DNA of 64,000 nucleotides from assembly GCA_964016885.1 (NCBI GenBank), contig OZ024745.1, positions 52,886,001 through 52,950,000 on the forward strand. The letters run 5' to 3'. Both the position numbers and the translations under genes were made by a program. Positions 27,896 to 41,044 of the stretch are shown piece after piece. The stretch's first letter is position 1. The number at the start of each line of letters is the position of its first letter. Under the pieces are notes generated by a model that saw only the letters and a list, made by a program, of their open reading frames with translations, was not told where the DNA came from and did not search any database. Source of the stretch: Eledone cirrhosa (lineage: Eukaryota).

Positions 27896-27940
27896 AACGG
27901 TGCTGATGATAGCTAACAAGCTTGAAACTAGTACATCGTT
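27896..27940 (+). ncRNA. Minimal type I hammerhead ribozyme (array unit 1)
   Basis: aacggtg-CTGATGA-t.agct(aaca)agct.t-GAAA-ctag-TA-catcgtt: 7-bp stem I with one G.U, GUA cleavage triplet. Confidence 0.8.
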
Positions 27941-28363
27941 CCTGTGTCAGTGTTGAACAAAAAGGTGACGTGGTTGCCTTAACACCGTATGGCATAAATT
28001 CAGGCTGTTCAGTTTGTTTACAAACGAACAAAGCGACGTTATAATAAGCGCCGCTAAACTGATACGTGCATATATGTATGTGTACCTGTATGCATATGTA
28101 TATATATATGTATATATATATATGTGCATGCTACTGTACGTCTGTATACATATATGTATGTACGTATACATGCATACTTACATTTAAGTAAGTGCCATAC
28201 TAAGAGTGAGAAATGAAATTTCGTTTTCATTTTGTTTCAATTTATCGTTTTCGGTATGCCTGACCGATTTAACTCACTCAATATGCAAATTAGGCTGCTC
28301 AGCCGTTAATTTTCATAAGGAAAGTATATACTTTCGAACGTTCAACTATCTGGCAGATGGGTA

Positions 28364-28408
28364 AACGGTGCTGATGATAGCTAACAAGCTTGAAACTAGT
28401 ACATCGTT
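28364..28408 (+). ncRNA. Minimal type I hammerhead ribozyme (array unit 2)
   Basis: Identical to 27896-27940. Confidence 0.8.
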
Positions 28409-28831
28409 CCTGTGTCAGTGTTGAACAAAAAGGTGACGTGGTTGCCTTAACACCGTATGGCATAAATTCAGGCTGTTCAGTTTGTTTACAAACGAACAAA
28501 GCGACGTTATAATAAGCGCCGCTAAACTGATACGTGCATATATGTATGTGTACCTGTATGCATATGTATATATATATGTATATATATATATGTGCATGCT
28601 ACTGTACGTCTGTATACATATATGTATGTACGTATACATGCATACTTACATTTAAGTAAGTGCCATACTAAGAGTGAGAAATGAAATTTCGTTTTCATTT
28701 TGTTTCAATTTATCGTTTTCGGTATGCCTGACCGATTTAACTCACTCAATATGCAAATTAGGCTGCTCAGCCGTTAATTTTCATAAGGAAAGTATATACT
28801 TTCGAACGTTCAACTATCTGGCAGATGGGTA

Positions 28832-28876
28832 AACGGTGCTGATGATAGCTAACAAGCTTGAAACTAGTACATCGTT
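28832..28876 (+). ncRNA. Minimal type I hammerhead ribozyme (array unit 3)
   Basis: Identical to 27896-27940. Confidence 0.8.
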
Positions 28877-29178
28877 CCTGTGTCAGTGTTGAACAAAAAG
28901 GTGACGTGGTTGCCTTAACACCGTATGGCATAAATTCAGGCTGTTCAGTTTGTTTACAAACGAACAAAGCGACGTTATAATAAGCGCCGCTAAACTGATA
29001 CGTGCATATATGTATGTGTACCTGTATGCATATGTATATATATATGTATATATATATATGTGCATGCTACTGTACGTCTGTATACATATATGTATGTACG
29101 TATACATGCATACTTACATTTAAGTAAGTGCCATACTAAGAGTGAGAAATGAAATTTCGTTTACATTTTGTTTCAATT

Positions 29179-29209
<31 letters not shown>

Positions 29210-30244
29210 TAGAAATTTAATTCTGCAAAAGCACTATACATATTTCGGGAACCGTCTGCTATTGATATAACACAAAATTAACAGGCAGACCCGGAAACAA
29301 ATCAGCCCACTGTTTTCTATTTTCTATTTTTTTCCATCTCCATTCTTCCATTCTATGTTTGGTTTCAACGTAATCCTGTTACATAATTCATGTAAATAAT
29401 CCCTCTAGAAACCATATAGTCTTGTATCATAATAAGTAGAGTGCTTTCGTGTGATTAAAATTCTAAAGCAAATGTTCCAGTCATGTTATCTGTTCTTTTA
29501 ATGAATACTTTACTCTGTCAAATCAGCGACCACTGGATACCACATCTATGACGGATGATTTGCATAACATTGAGTTTTTCAATTGAATTTTGCCTCATCT
29601 CTTACCAACCCGAACGACAATTTCTACCTATTGGTAAAAAGCCTATATATATATATATATACACACACACAAACATATATATATATATATATATACAAAA
29701 ATGTGTGGGTGTGTTCGTTTGTGTGCATGCCTCCTGGGATGCAATATGAATTACGAAGATGGTGAGCAAAATCATATATGGTAACAAGTGTCTGACAAAT
29801 ATATATTACGTTGTTGTGTACGTCCAACATGGAGCTATTTGTAGTGTTCAACAACTATAACGTGGAGGCAATGAGAAATGTTTAATGTAGTTGAAAATAC
29901 TGAAGACAATGGGGTAACTGTATGAGATATGAGAAAGGGGAAAGGGCGAAATAAAGAAAGAAGGATAGAATAGAAAAATGAAGAAATTAAATTAGAAAAG
30001 AAGGATGATTAATTGAAGCGTGAGAACGGTTGGATGTAATGTTTATAATATTGTACTGAATAGTTAATATTAGAGATATTGTAATATTATTCGCACTTTA
30101 TTTCTTGTAATTCCGACATATCTTGCATGCTGGAGTTACAAGTAAATTAAATTACATTCTGTGGATGAGGCACTACACAGACATCAATCGAGGTCGAATT
30201 AGATTTACTCTGACTTAGTAGAATAGCAATTCCGTTACATTGAA

Positions 30245-30650
30245 ACCTTTTGATTTGAAACTTTGGATTAAGTTCTTGGCGATTAATATATATCATGGAA
30301 GAACTGGCCAATCAGTCCAGCTGACCAGAAATGATTACACCTTTTGATTTCTAAAAGTTTGATTGGAAATCTCGGCAATTAATAACACAGAGAATTAGCC
30401 AGCTGTCAAGTTGACCAGAAATGCGTTACAAACAACGTGTATGCTTATTATATTACTAAATATATGCATGGTTGCAGCGAGAGTATACGTTGTCTATTAA
30501 TGTCTTTCATGTATGCCTTATCACCGGACATGCGTTACATGCAATGTATGCTTATGATGTTAGTAAACACATTTATGTGCATCATAAATACAGGATGTAT
30601 CTTAAAGCAGTTTAAATATGTACCTTGTCACCGGAAGTGCGTTACTTGTT
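30245..30650 (+). repeat. Diverged ~90-108-bp tandem repeats
   Basis: acc(a/g)ga..tg(cg)ttac motif at about 30324, 30414, 30523 and 30630. ccttttgattt...ggc.attaata occurs at 30246 and 30341. Confidence 0.6.
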
Positions 30651-32241
30651 AAATAGTACTATGAAGTCCGTAAATGTAAACTTTATTGAAATATGAATGA
30701 AATTCATGTTCCTTAATCGCTCGTAGGATCTCTATGAAATGCTTCATCCTTTTGTTATACGTTTGAGTGGCGACTCATCCAAGTGGAACCCATTTTTCGC
30801 CAGACTATTGATTATACCTTGGAATTATAGATACGTGGAACGAAATGGCTTGACCGTTAAGCAATCTTTTGTGCAGGCTCGGATCATCAAAAACATATTA
30901 TCTCTCTACATCGTTTACACCATAAAACAATATGTAAGATAGTTGTTCTGTAAGTCAACATGTTAGGTTCTGTATACGGCAAATAATATCGAATTTCCTG
31001 TCTATAGTTAAATCGTAAAAGGCGTGTCGTCTTGTTTCCTATCGACCTGAAAAAAACTTGGTATTTAGAAATGGAATGTAAGATTTATATATAATTATAT
31101 ATTGGCTCCAAAATGGTTACAGAGAAAATAGAAAATTATAATGTAAATACATTTTCAACAAACATGAACACCCTTATTAAATTGAAATACTAATGGAGCA
31201 AGTATCCCAACTTACTAACAATTTGGGCTTACCATTTTCTATTGTTTGCCTCTCAACCATTATAACAATACATTATTCAATACTATTCAAAACTTTATTA
31301 AGTTCTAAAATTTGCACATCACTCATTCCTATTGAATTCATTTACTCCCACAAGGTCCATATCTGTCACATTCTATAGACGTTGTCGATACCTCATCACA
31401 CTTCACACTGAATGTACAAGTCTACTTTATATTCTGTATATTTATCAATTGTCTGACTTTACCATCATTTACTTAAATCTAACCAAATAACCTATTCCCT
31501 TAGCTAAGCTTACATCTTAATTACTTTCTCACTGTTTAGTTTAGACTAATTTTGTGAAACTGTTTTACATTTATTCCACAATGTTCCAGGATTCTTGTTT
31601 CTGAGAAGGAATTTGCATATTGATTAGTCATCTTTATGCAAGAAAGACTCTGTTTATTGGCTCTCCCCAAGCTCTCTGAGTCAGAGTGAATTTTGTTTTT
31701 CATTTGATGCTACTCTTTAAAGCATGATGATGATATAAATTTTTTCCTTCATTCTTTAACTTTCATTCTCACCTATATTTAAGCTATTTTATAGAACTGC
31801 TATCTTGCTTTGGGTTTCCTAGATATTTTGGTTCTAAGATTTTCTGACATATAGAAATCCTATTTCTTGTAAAGTGCAATTGAAAGAACTTGCACTAATA
31901 TTTGGCACATTAATTAAAATTTAGCCCCAATCTAGAATTCATTGACTTATTAAATACGGATGTAGCTGTAATATATTGAGATTTTGTGGTATTGTCTCTT
32001 TTTTACTTCAGATATATGCACACAATTATATACGTTATGAATAAACACATAGGCAAATATAACATAAAACTGATGCAGCAATGGCAAACAAAAAGAGAAA
32101 TGAGAAGTTTACATTGTTTCGAGTGTATTAAATATGGACTATTACTAATGGATTACAAATTTCAGATTTATCAACAATGGAAAATGCCACATATTTCGAT
32201 TCATATTCAGTTCTAAAAAGAGCCGAATAACGTTTAATTTA

Positions 32242-32430
32242 ATTGTTTCTACTTATTTGGCACAAGGCCAGCAATTACCAGAACATTACTGGTACTTTAT
32301 TTTATCAACCACTTAAGGATGAAAGGCAAATATAACCTCGGCGGGATTTGAACTCAGAATGACAAGGGCCGTAACTCTATGCGTCAAAACAGGGCGTCCG
32401 ACCCTCTACCGATACTACCGATTTACCGCC
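32242..32430 (-). mobile_element. tRNA-derived SINE, same family as 9188-9373
   Basis: Aligns directly to 9188-9373. B-box GAGTTCAAATCC on the minus strand. Confidence 0.85.
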
Positions 32431-33656
32431 CTTTACATTTAATTTAATGTAGGTACATATATGTCATTATCCCCAAGAGTAATACATGTTAATTATTTAA
32501 ATTCTAACTTTTAATGTTAATGTTTCCTTTTGTATTATATATATTCAATTCACAACATACAATATCTAATGTGTAGGAAGGTATAAGTCTTTTGCCATGG
32601 CATTTAATAGCAAAAAAATGATAGATACCAATCTTTCGCATTGGAACACGTTTCTACATGCTATTGTCGATTCACATAGATAATCATTGATTCAGTTACT
32701 GCCATCAATGAATTATATTACCTTTTAGATGCTTTGTAATATCAATGGGAGAATTCGAACTACTGATATGTAGATTCATTGTCCGGAATATTAATCCCAA
32801 GAACATCTACGGTGTTTCGTATATAATATAACAAAAGCAGCCTGTGTTTGGAGAGCATACACTAAAGTTGATGTGTAATATTCATAGATTACCGAACATA
32901 ACTTATACATTTCTACATTTAGCTTGATACATTTCGTTCTATACTTGAATATTTCATGTTAACCCGATGACAGAGAAATGGTTCGTTCTGAAAATAAATC
33001 TTTACAAGACGTTAAATTGAACAGCGACATAAAAAAGAGCAGTGGAATAGAAATAAAACAACAAAATAACAACAACAACGTATAATATATATTAAGGAAA
33101 CAAAAGCTGAAATAATTCAGAAGATTGCTAAATGGAAATTGTGACAACGAAGCCAAATAATGAGAAAATTCAGATAAGAGTTCTGAATTGGACAAATAAT
33201 GTTTTAGTTGTTTAACATATATTTAGTTTATTGGAAATTTCCAACGGAATGATAAACGTGTACAAAATTTTCTAATGCTTCTTTTAGCAAATTCTAGCAC
33301 TAAACGTAGTAAACCGTTTAATACCGAAACGTTAATCCCGGAAACACGTTGGGGGAAGCAAAACGAATATTCAAAAACGAACAATGTTAGCCATTTCTAT
33401 AAAATTAATACGGAATTGAATTACGGGGAATAAAGTGTACTTCTAAAAGCGTAGGAATGATATTTAAAGTAAATTAATTATACACCCAAGAATATATTCA
33501 TTGTCTCACTATTCACTCAATTTTATTTAATATTTCAACAACTCCGTCTAACTTACATAGATGTATGCTGGTGTGTAGTGTGTGTGTGTGTATGTTTGTG
33601 TGTGTGTGTGCGCGCGTGTGTGTGTATGTATGTGTGTGTATGTATGTGTATGTGTG

Positions 33657-33689
<33 letters not shown>

Positions 33690-33937
33690 CGGTGTGTGTG
33701 TGTGTGTGCATGTGAGAACAAACAAGTGTATGTTTGAGTGTGAATAAGTAGGGAAGCGTTAGGCGTTGAAATACGGAAAATAGCATAATGTTCATTCCAT
33801 TTGAAACTGAAATAGCAACCTATGACGATTGATTTGGAAATATCAGCTTCAAATGAAATATAATGTCTTTATATACACTTACACCTTTACATACACACAA
33901 ACATACATGCGCGCTCACACACTCATCTATGCGTGTG

Positions 33938-33971
<34 letters not shown>

Positions 33972-34910
33972 GGTGTGTGCGTGGGTGTATGTGTGTGTGC
34001 GCGTGTGTGTGTGTTTGAATGTATGTACGCTCATACATGCATGTGCCTATAAGAGAGGTGGTGTGTGTACGTGTGTATGCGCGTGAGTCTGTATGTTACT
34101 TTCTTTTATCGATCGGGAGAATCCTTTCTGTGGTTGGCATTTTAATCTTTCCCATATTGAAAACTTTATATTTAGCGGATATGTTTTAGCATCTGTTCAT
34201 GATGGTGATTATATCATAACCATTATTCTGTCATAATCTACATCATCAGTCAGAACCAGCAGAGTTTGGTTTATTCATATTCCTTTTACGGATGAGATAT
34301 AAAGGATCTCTCTCTTACTTCTGAATGGCGATTGCGTATCTTTCTAGGTAGCATATGTCGATTGGAGTTATTTCCACTTGTGAATGATATATTTCCAAGC
34401 GTATATGTTATGTGTACATGCATGTATTTCTTCAAAGAGGTTGAGTATTTCTCAAAATTATACTTTGCGTAGGTCTGCCAAAATAGTATTGGGCCTCAGA
34501 AGATAACTTTACACATATATTGCCGAATTAGGAAGACTCCACTTACTCTCAAGCTATTATTATTTTCACTTCCACGTACACAACATATAATTATCAATTT
34601 GATGTTATCTAAGCGATATGAGGGAGCATTCAAACATCGTTTGTACTTAGGTTATGTCTTTGCCTCCTCCATGCAAACTCACACAGGTCATTTTAAGGTC
34701 ATGGTCATAGTCTTAGTTCCAGTCAATCGCCTAATAGCTTGAAACTAACACGTGTACAGCAAATGTGTAATAGAATATCTACTTATTAAAGACCATATTT
34801 AATATTTGCCATAATCCTGTGATACATGCAATAAACAAATATGAACCAAATTCATTACTCAATCCCTCGGGAATGGATATTTTTTTTATACAGCTTGGGG
34901 TTATCGACAA

Positions 34911-34956
34911 AAATTCGTTGTAATCTCTGACTTTTGTCAGAGATTACAACGAATTT
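34911..34956. repeat. Perfect 21-bp inverted repeat with a 4-nt loop
   Basis: aaattcgttgtaatctctgac-tttt-gtcagagattacaacgaattt. Confidence 0.95.
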
Positions 34957-35247
34957 ACTTGCTCGACGAGATCAAGTCTAGGCACCCAGAATGTTAACGT
35001 CAGTACGTAATTCTATTCCTTAATATAGTAGTTCATTCAGTCACATATATTTTAATAGCATCTGAAATAGTAAGTGGTACGTTGGTAGCAGAGAATACAC
35101 TAGTATCTTTTTTAGAGTACAGCCTCAAATAACTTCCGATAATTTAGCTTTAATAACTGTGTTGTCGTCAGCTGTGCTACTACACATTTTACAGAAAAAT
35201 ATTTTGACACAGTGCTACCAAAAAAGCTTCTTCTACAACGACAAAGA

Positions 35248-35313
<66 letters not shown>

Positions 35314-35479
35314 GTCCATTCATATATATAAGTGGATAAGTATATGAGTATGGATGTTCCGATAAAATTCAGTCCTACACGCATGCGCAAATCTGTACAC
35401 AAACATACACATATGTGCGTATATATATATATATGTGTGTGTGGATATGTATATATGTACCTCTCTTTCTCTCTCTTTC

Positions 35480-35510
<31 letters not shown>

Positions 35511-35565
35511 ATGTGTGTGTGTATAGATATATAAGCAATATACATATATATATATATATGTACGT

Positions 35566-35602
<37 letters not shown>

Positions 35603-35715
35603 TATATTTGTGTAAGCATAAATACATACATACACACACACATATCACACATATACATATATATGTGTGTGTGTGCATGTGTGTGTATAGATATATAAGC
35701 AATATACATACACAC

Positions 35716-35792
<77 letters not shown>

Positions 35793-35870
35793 TATATATA
35801 TTTGTGTAAGCATAAATACATACATACACACACACATATCACACAAATATATATATGTGTGTGTGTTTGT
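35480..35870 (+). repeat. Tandem duplication of a microsatellite-rich unit (~165-200 bp, 2 copies)
   Basis: gtatagatatataagcaatatacata and tttgtgtaagcataaatacatacatacacacacacatatcacaca each occur twice. Confidence 0.8.
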
Positions 35871-36566
35871 GTGCATGTGTGTGTGTGTGTATATGTGTGC
35901 ATGTGTGTGAGTGTGCGCGCATGTGGGTGTGGGTATGTATGTATGTATTTATGCGTACACTAATATGTATATATTTGTGCGTATGTATTTGTATTCGTGG
36001 ATTTATCTGCATATGTGTGTAAGCATATATTTGCGTATGTATATTTGTATATATGCCGCACGAAGAAGAGAATCGAAGAGGAAAATGCTACAACATATAA
36101 TTTTCACAAAAGACGTTGAACAATTTGGCCGTTGAACCATTAAACAAATTGGTAATTATAGGGTAGGACCACAATTTGAAAACCAGAAAAGAGAAAAGTT
36201 AATTGCTGGGTCAGCATAGAAGTTATTTGCCGTAATCTATTGGTGAATTGATTGATTTAAGCTCGGCATGTAGCTTCATAATGTTTTTCTCGCCAACACT
36301 ATAAAGCTGTCCACACAGCTTTCCAGATGTTTGTCGCCATCATTTTGCCTGACAAAATTGCTACCCAAGTATTATGATCAACTTTGATGAAGAGAGACAT
36401 TTGTAAAAGTATGGGAAACGACATTACGTTAGAGTTAAGTATGTTTAACGTATATTACATGAGCAATATACCTCATGTAAAAATGTTGCCATATATACAT
36501 ATATATGTATGTTTGAATACTGATATTGGGGTTTTCCAATATATAACTTGCTTCTTCTCTCCATTA

Positions 36567-36597
<31 letters not shown>

Positions 36598-38081
36598 TAC
36601 GTGGGCTTTGGCGTTGGTGTAGAGCAGTGATATCAGGTCCACTATGTTCTTGGGGATTCCATAAGCCTGTAAGATCTTCATTAGGCAGCGACGGTTCACA
36701 GAATCAAAGGCCTTCCTAAAGTCAATGAAAACCATGACCGCAGGAAGGCACTTTGCTCTAGCTCCCTCTAATATTCTCCTCAGCATCAGGATGTGACTGA
36801 TGGTTGATCTTCTATCTCTGAAGCCGTTCTGGTTGTCCCTGAGCTTCTTCTCAGACTGGATCCTGGTAAGAATCATCCTGTTGAGAGTTTTTGCCACAAG
36901 TAACGTGAGTGACATCCCCTTGTAGTTGTTGGTGTTAGAGGGATCTCCCTTCTTTGGCACTGGGACGATGTTACTGATCCACTGATTCAGGGCAACTCCT
37001 CTCTCCAGTGCCTGGTTACAGAACCCCAGGATGATATCATCAAAATCACACCTCTTCATCACCTCTGATGCCACTTCATCTTCTCCATGAGCCTTGCCCT
37101 CCTTGATCTTCTTCTTGGCTCTCTGAAGCTCCTCTCTGGTGAAGTCATTTACACCTGATGTGATGACAGAGTTCTTTGAGATACTGGTTGGAGTGCACCA
37201 GGGAGATACATTGGCCCCCTACCTTTTTATCATCGTAGTGGACTATTGTATGCGCCTTGCACTGGAGAAACACCAGGACTCTGGCTTTACTGTAGCACCG
37301 GCTCAGAGCAGGAGATTTAAGGCGAAAAACATATCGGATGATGCATTTGCCGACGACATGGTTTTGGTGACAAATACAGTGAAGGAGGCAGAGGATTTGA
37401 TGCAGGAGGTTGAAACTGTGTCGATGAGTGTGGGGCTGAGAATGAATGAGACTAAAACAAAATATCTGGTAGAGAATGGTGAGAAACCAGCGGGGATCAC
37501 TAATGTAGGCGGGAAGCCGCTAGAATTGGTTGAGGACTTCCTGTATTTGGGAGCAAAGATTGGTAATATTGTAGTTGATGTGGTTGAGAGGAAGAGCAAA
37601 GCCTGGGTGGCGTGCCACAGCTAGAGATCGGTGTGGAGTCGGACCTTCGTAAAGACCTTAAAATCCGCCTCTTCATTGCTGTAGTGGAGTCTGTGCTGCT
37701 GTACGGGTCTGAGACTTGGAAACTGACCAAGAAACTCACTCAAATGGTGGATGGGTGCTACACGAGAATGGTGAGGATGGCTCTGAACATTAATCAGTAT
37801 ACACTGAGGATGAAAACTCGGAGCTGTATGGGAGCCTCCCAAAAGCCAGCTCAAAAGTGACACAGAGGAGACTGAGGTCAGCTGGACATGCTCACCGACA
37901 TCCGGAGTTGACATTGCACTCAGTGCTCCTGTGGGAGCCCCTACATGGACACACTGGAAGAGGAAGACCAAGGTTAACGTATGTTGATGCCCTAAGGACA
38001 TGGCAGTTATAATGAGGGGCCTGATACCGCTGGAGAGAACTCGTCCATGGATCTCGGGAATTTTACTCGCCCTAGAAGAAG
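36598..38081 (+). mobile_element. RTE-clade LINE, 5'-truncated and 5'-inverted, 9-bp TSD ATATACAGA
   Basis: Minus 37149->36598 gives FTREELQRAKKKIKEGKAHGED..VPVPKKGD..NQNGFR..FIDFRKAFDSV..LYTNAKAHV. Plus from 37151 continues TPDVMTEFFEILVGVHQGDTLAPYLF..FADD..FLYLG..LLYGSETW. Short (GAA)n tail. TSD at 36589-36597 and 38082-38090. Confidence 0.93.
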
Positions 38082-38083
38082 AT

Positions 38084-38087
<4 letters not shown>

Positions 38088-38176
<89 letters not shown>

Positions 38177-38192
38177 GACACAGAGAGAGAGA
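38088..38192. repeat. (GA)n microsatellite
   Basis: Directly visible. Confidence 0.95.
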
Positions 38193-38896
38193 ATAATTTC
38201 ATCACAAGCATTCTTTGGAATTTATTTCTTTTGTAAATTTAAAATTATGCCAATCAACTTAACTATCCAAAATTAATTCAAATATCCAAGTAAAACGGAG
38301 ACGGTGTGACGGAATATACTATAAATCATAACTTTCAATGTTTATAGTATTTTTAAAAACGGGGTGAATTACTAGAAAGAACTGTCAAAGTGGCTGAGTT
38401 CTAAATGTGTGGAGACATGCTCCTGATTTCTACTGAAGATAGCGGCGGGGTTGTTGCAAATTCTAATTCATCTTACAGTTCGCGTCCCGGACTCGGCCGG
38501 GACACATTTCTACGAGTTTACATGCAAGTCTATTTAACGTTTCGAAACGTATCTGTGGCACAAACCTGTAATAGAAAACAATGATTCGTATAATCTGGAG
38601 AAACCTGACGAATCATACACATCCAAATATTTCAAGCAACCAGTAGCAATAATCTTACAGTAAAGAGATAAGATAACGTAATGCAATGACTCAGAACTTT
38701 TGATCCGTACGCATCATAGCATTATGAATTCTGAACACCGCCATGAAAGCATCTTTTGGTGTAGAAAGCTTTTGGATTTACGAGTAGAGGCATAAAGAAA
38801 TTTGAGGAATTTTCTATTCTTTTAGCATCCTATATAAAACAAACCGGTCTTTAGACATCATGACTTACCGCATAGATGGGATTCATGATTCTCACA

Positions 38897-38901
<5 letters not shown>

Positions 38902-38971
<70 letters not shown>

Positions 38972-38986
38972 ACACACGCACGCACG

Positions 38987-39067
<81 letters not shown>

Positions 39068-39074
39068 CACACAC
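38902..39074. repeat. (CA)n microsatellite
   Basis: Directly visible. Confidence 0.95.
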
Positions 39075-40308
39075 GCGCGCGTTCAAAAAGAGGTTTTAGA
39101 AATATCATAAATTACGACCCTATTTTCGAGGAGATATTAACATATCTAAAAAGGAAGGAAATGACAGTTAAACATAGATTTAATACCATACATATTCAGG
39201 TTAATGATTCAGGTAACGGTTATAGTATACTTTATGTTCACGAAATAAAGATAAATTCTACCTCAGATTCAAACTCTCAACGTAAAATAATGACTCAAAG
39301 ACAATAGCAACAATTTTATCGAGAGTTAATTCATACACAGTTCGAATTGACGATCATCTCAGCAAGTTATAATGTCACCCTATGAAACCGAGGTAAACGC
39401 CCTTTTGCTTTTATAATTATTATGTTATTATTTTAAAAGAACGATAAACTTCCTACGCTATCATTAAATATATGACTGGAGGAACGAAAATTGACTAACA
39501 TACCGTTTTATATTTACATTAACGGGCTTCCTTATACTGATTTCATAAAACTGATGACAACGTACGTAGCCAGTAATCGAACTTGAATATAGTCTGAGTT
39601 AGATATTCAAATTGAATATAGTCCAACTTAACGCTTAAAATAAAGTTATTTCAAATAACGTATATATCTGGATAACACGGATGAAGTTGTTTGGTTACAC
39701 AAATTCATGAAGTAAAAGCGTGAGACTAAAACTTGGAATATACGTAGATATCATATGAAAGCACATACGATATATTAGTGTAAAGATACAAGTCTCGCAA
39801 TAAACCCCTTAAACTATAACCCTATTCACAACTATCTCAGTAGCCGTATGAGAATGTCAGACACCTTTTCCTTTAAATGTATCCGACATCTGTGACATTT
39901 ACTAACTCGTTACTGACCTAGCTGTGTCATGAACACTGCTTAAAATATTCATAATGAGATTTCTGTATGTTGTTTATACATACACATGTCGTATATTCAT
40001 CAGAATACTAGTCACTTTAGGTCTACTATTAATTTACCATATATGGTAAAGTTAGCAATATATGCTAATAAAAATCATTAACCGATGTTTTACTTGTATT
40101 ATTTAGTATTTAGTATTTTGCCGAGACGACTTCTACAATGAGTTATGCAGCTTTAACATTCTAAAAGTTTCGTGGTTTTTTTCTCCTAATAGCAATTACC
40201 ATCCCGCATCAGTACAGTACCGATGTACTAAAGTGAAGTGTACAATTATATTAGTTTTGGAGTGATCGAATCGATCGACAAGATCCTAGACCTCATTCGT
40301 TTCCATTG

Positions 40309-40427
<119 letters not shown>

Positions 40428-40927
40428 TATAGGAATAATTATGTATATATTCATAGAAACATGATGTGTGTGTGTGTGCATGAGGTGTTTGTGTTTTATT
40501 GTGTGATCGTGTGGCTATAATCTATTTCCCAAAGTATCTGATAATTCTCTATTGAATAGTGATTTAATTGCCTTGACTAAATTTTTAACTATTAACAATT
40601 ATACTGTTTTGCATCATTGAGCGTAAACGTTTCTAATTGCCGAAACAACGAAATCTCGAACGAAATCGGAGTTATGTAAACAGTGAGTTCGGAAATATTT
40701 CAGACTGAAGGAAACATCAGAAGCATATGAGAGGGAGAATTGGAGAATGAAGAAGGGTGAATTGGATACAGAGGTATATTGAGAAATTATCCAATGCAGC
40801 AGACACCGATTTACTAAGAATATTGTAAAGAAAGCAACTGGCATGTAGACTTCTTGACATATCATTTAGTAAATTGCATTTGACGGGTAGAACAGTAGAC
40901 ACGAATGTGTTCATATATATATGTATG

Positions 40928-41044
<117 letters not shown>

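Larger units (their letters stand above)
27841..29178 (+). repeat. Tandem array of ~2.9 near-identical 468-bp units, one HHR per unit (retrozyme-like)
   Basis: Units start at 27841, 28309 and 28777. ORF translations repeat every 468 bp. Bounded by (TA)n. Confidence 0.95.
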
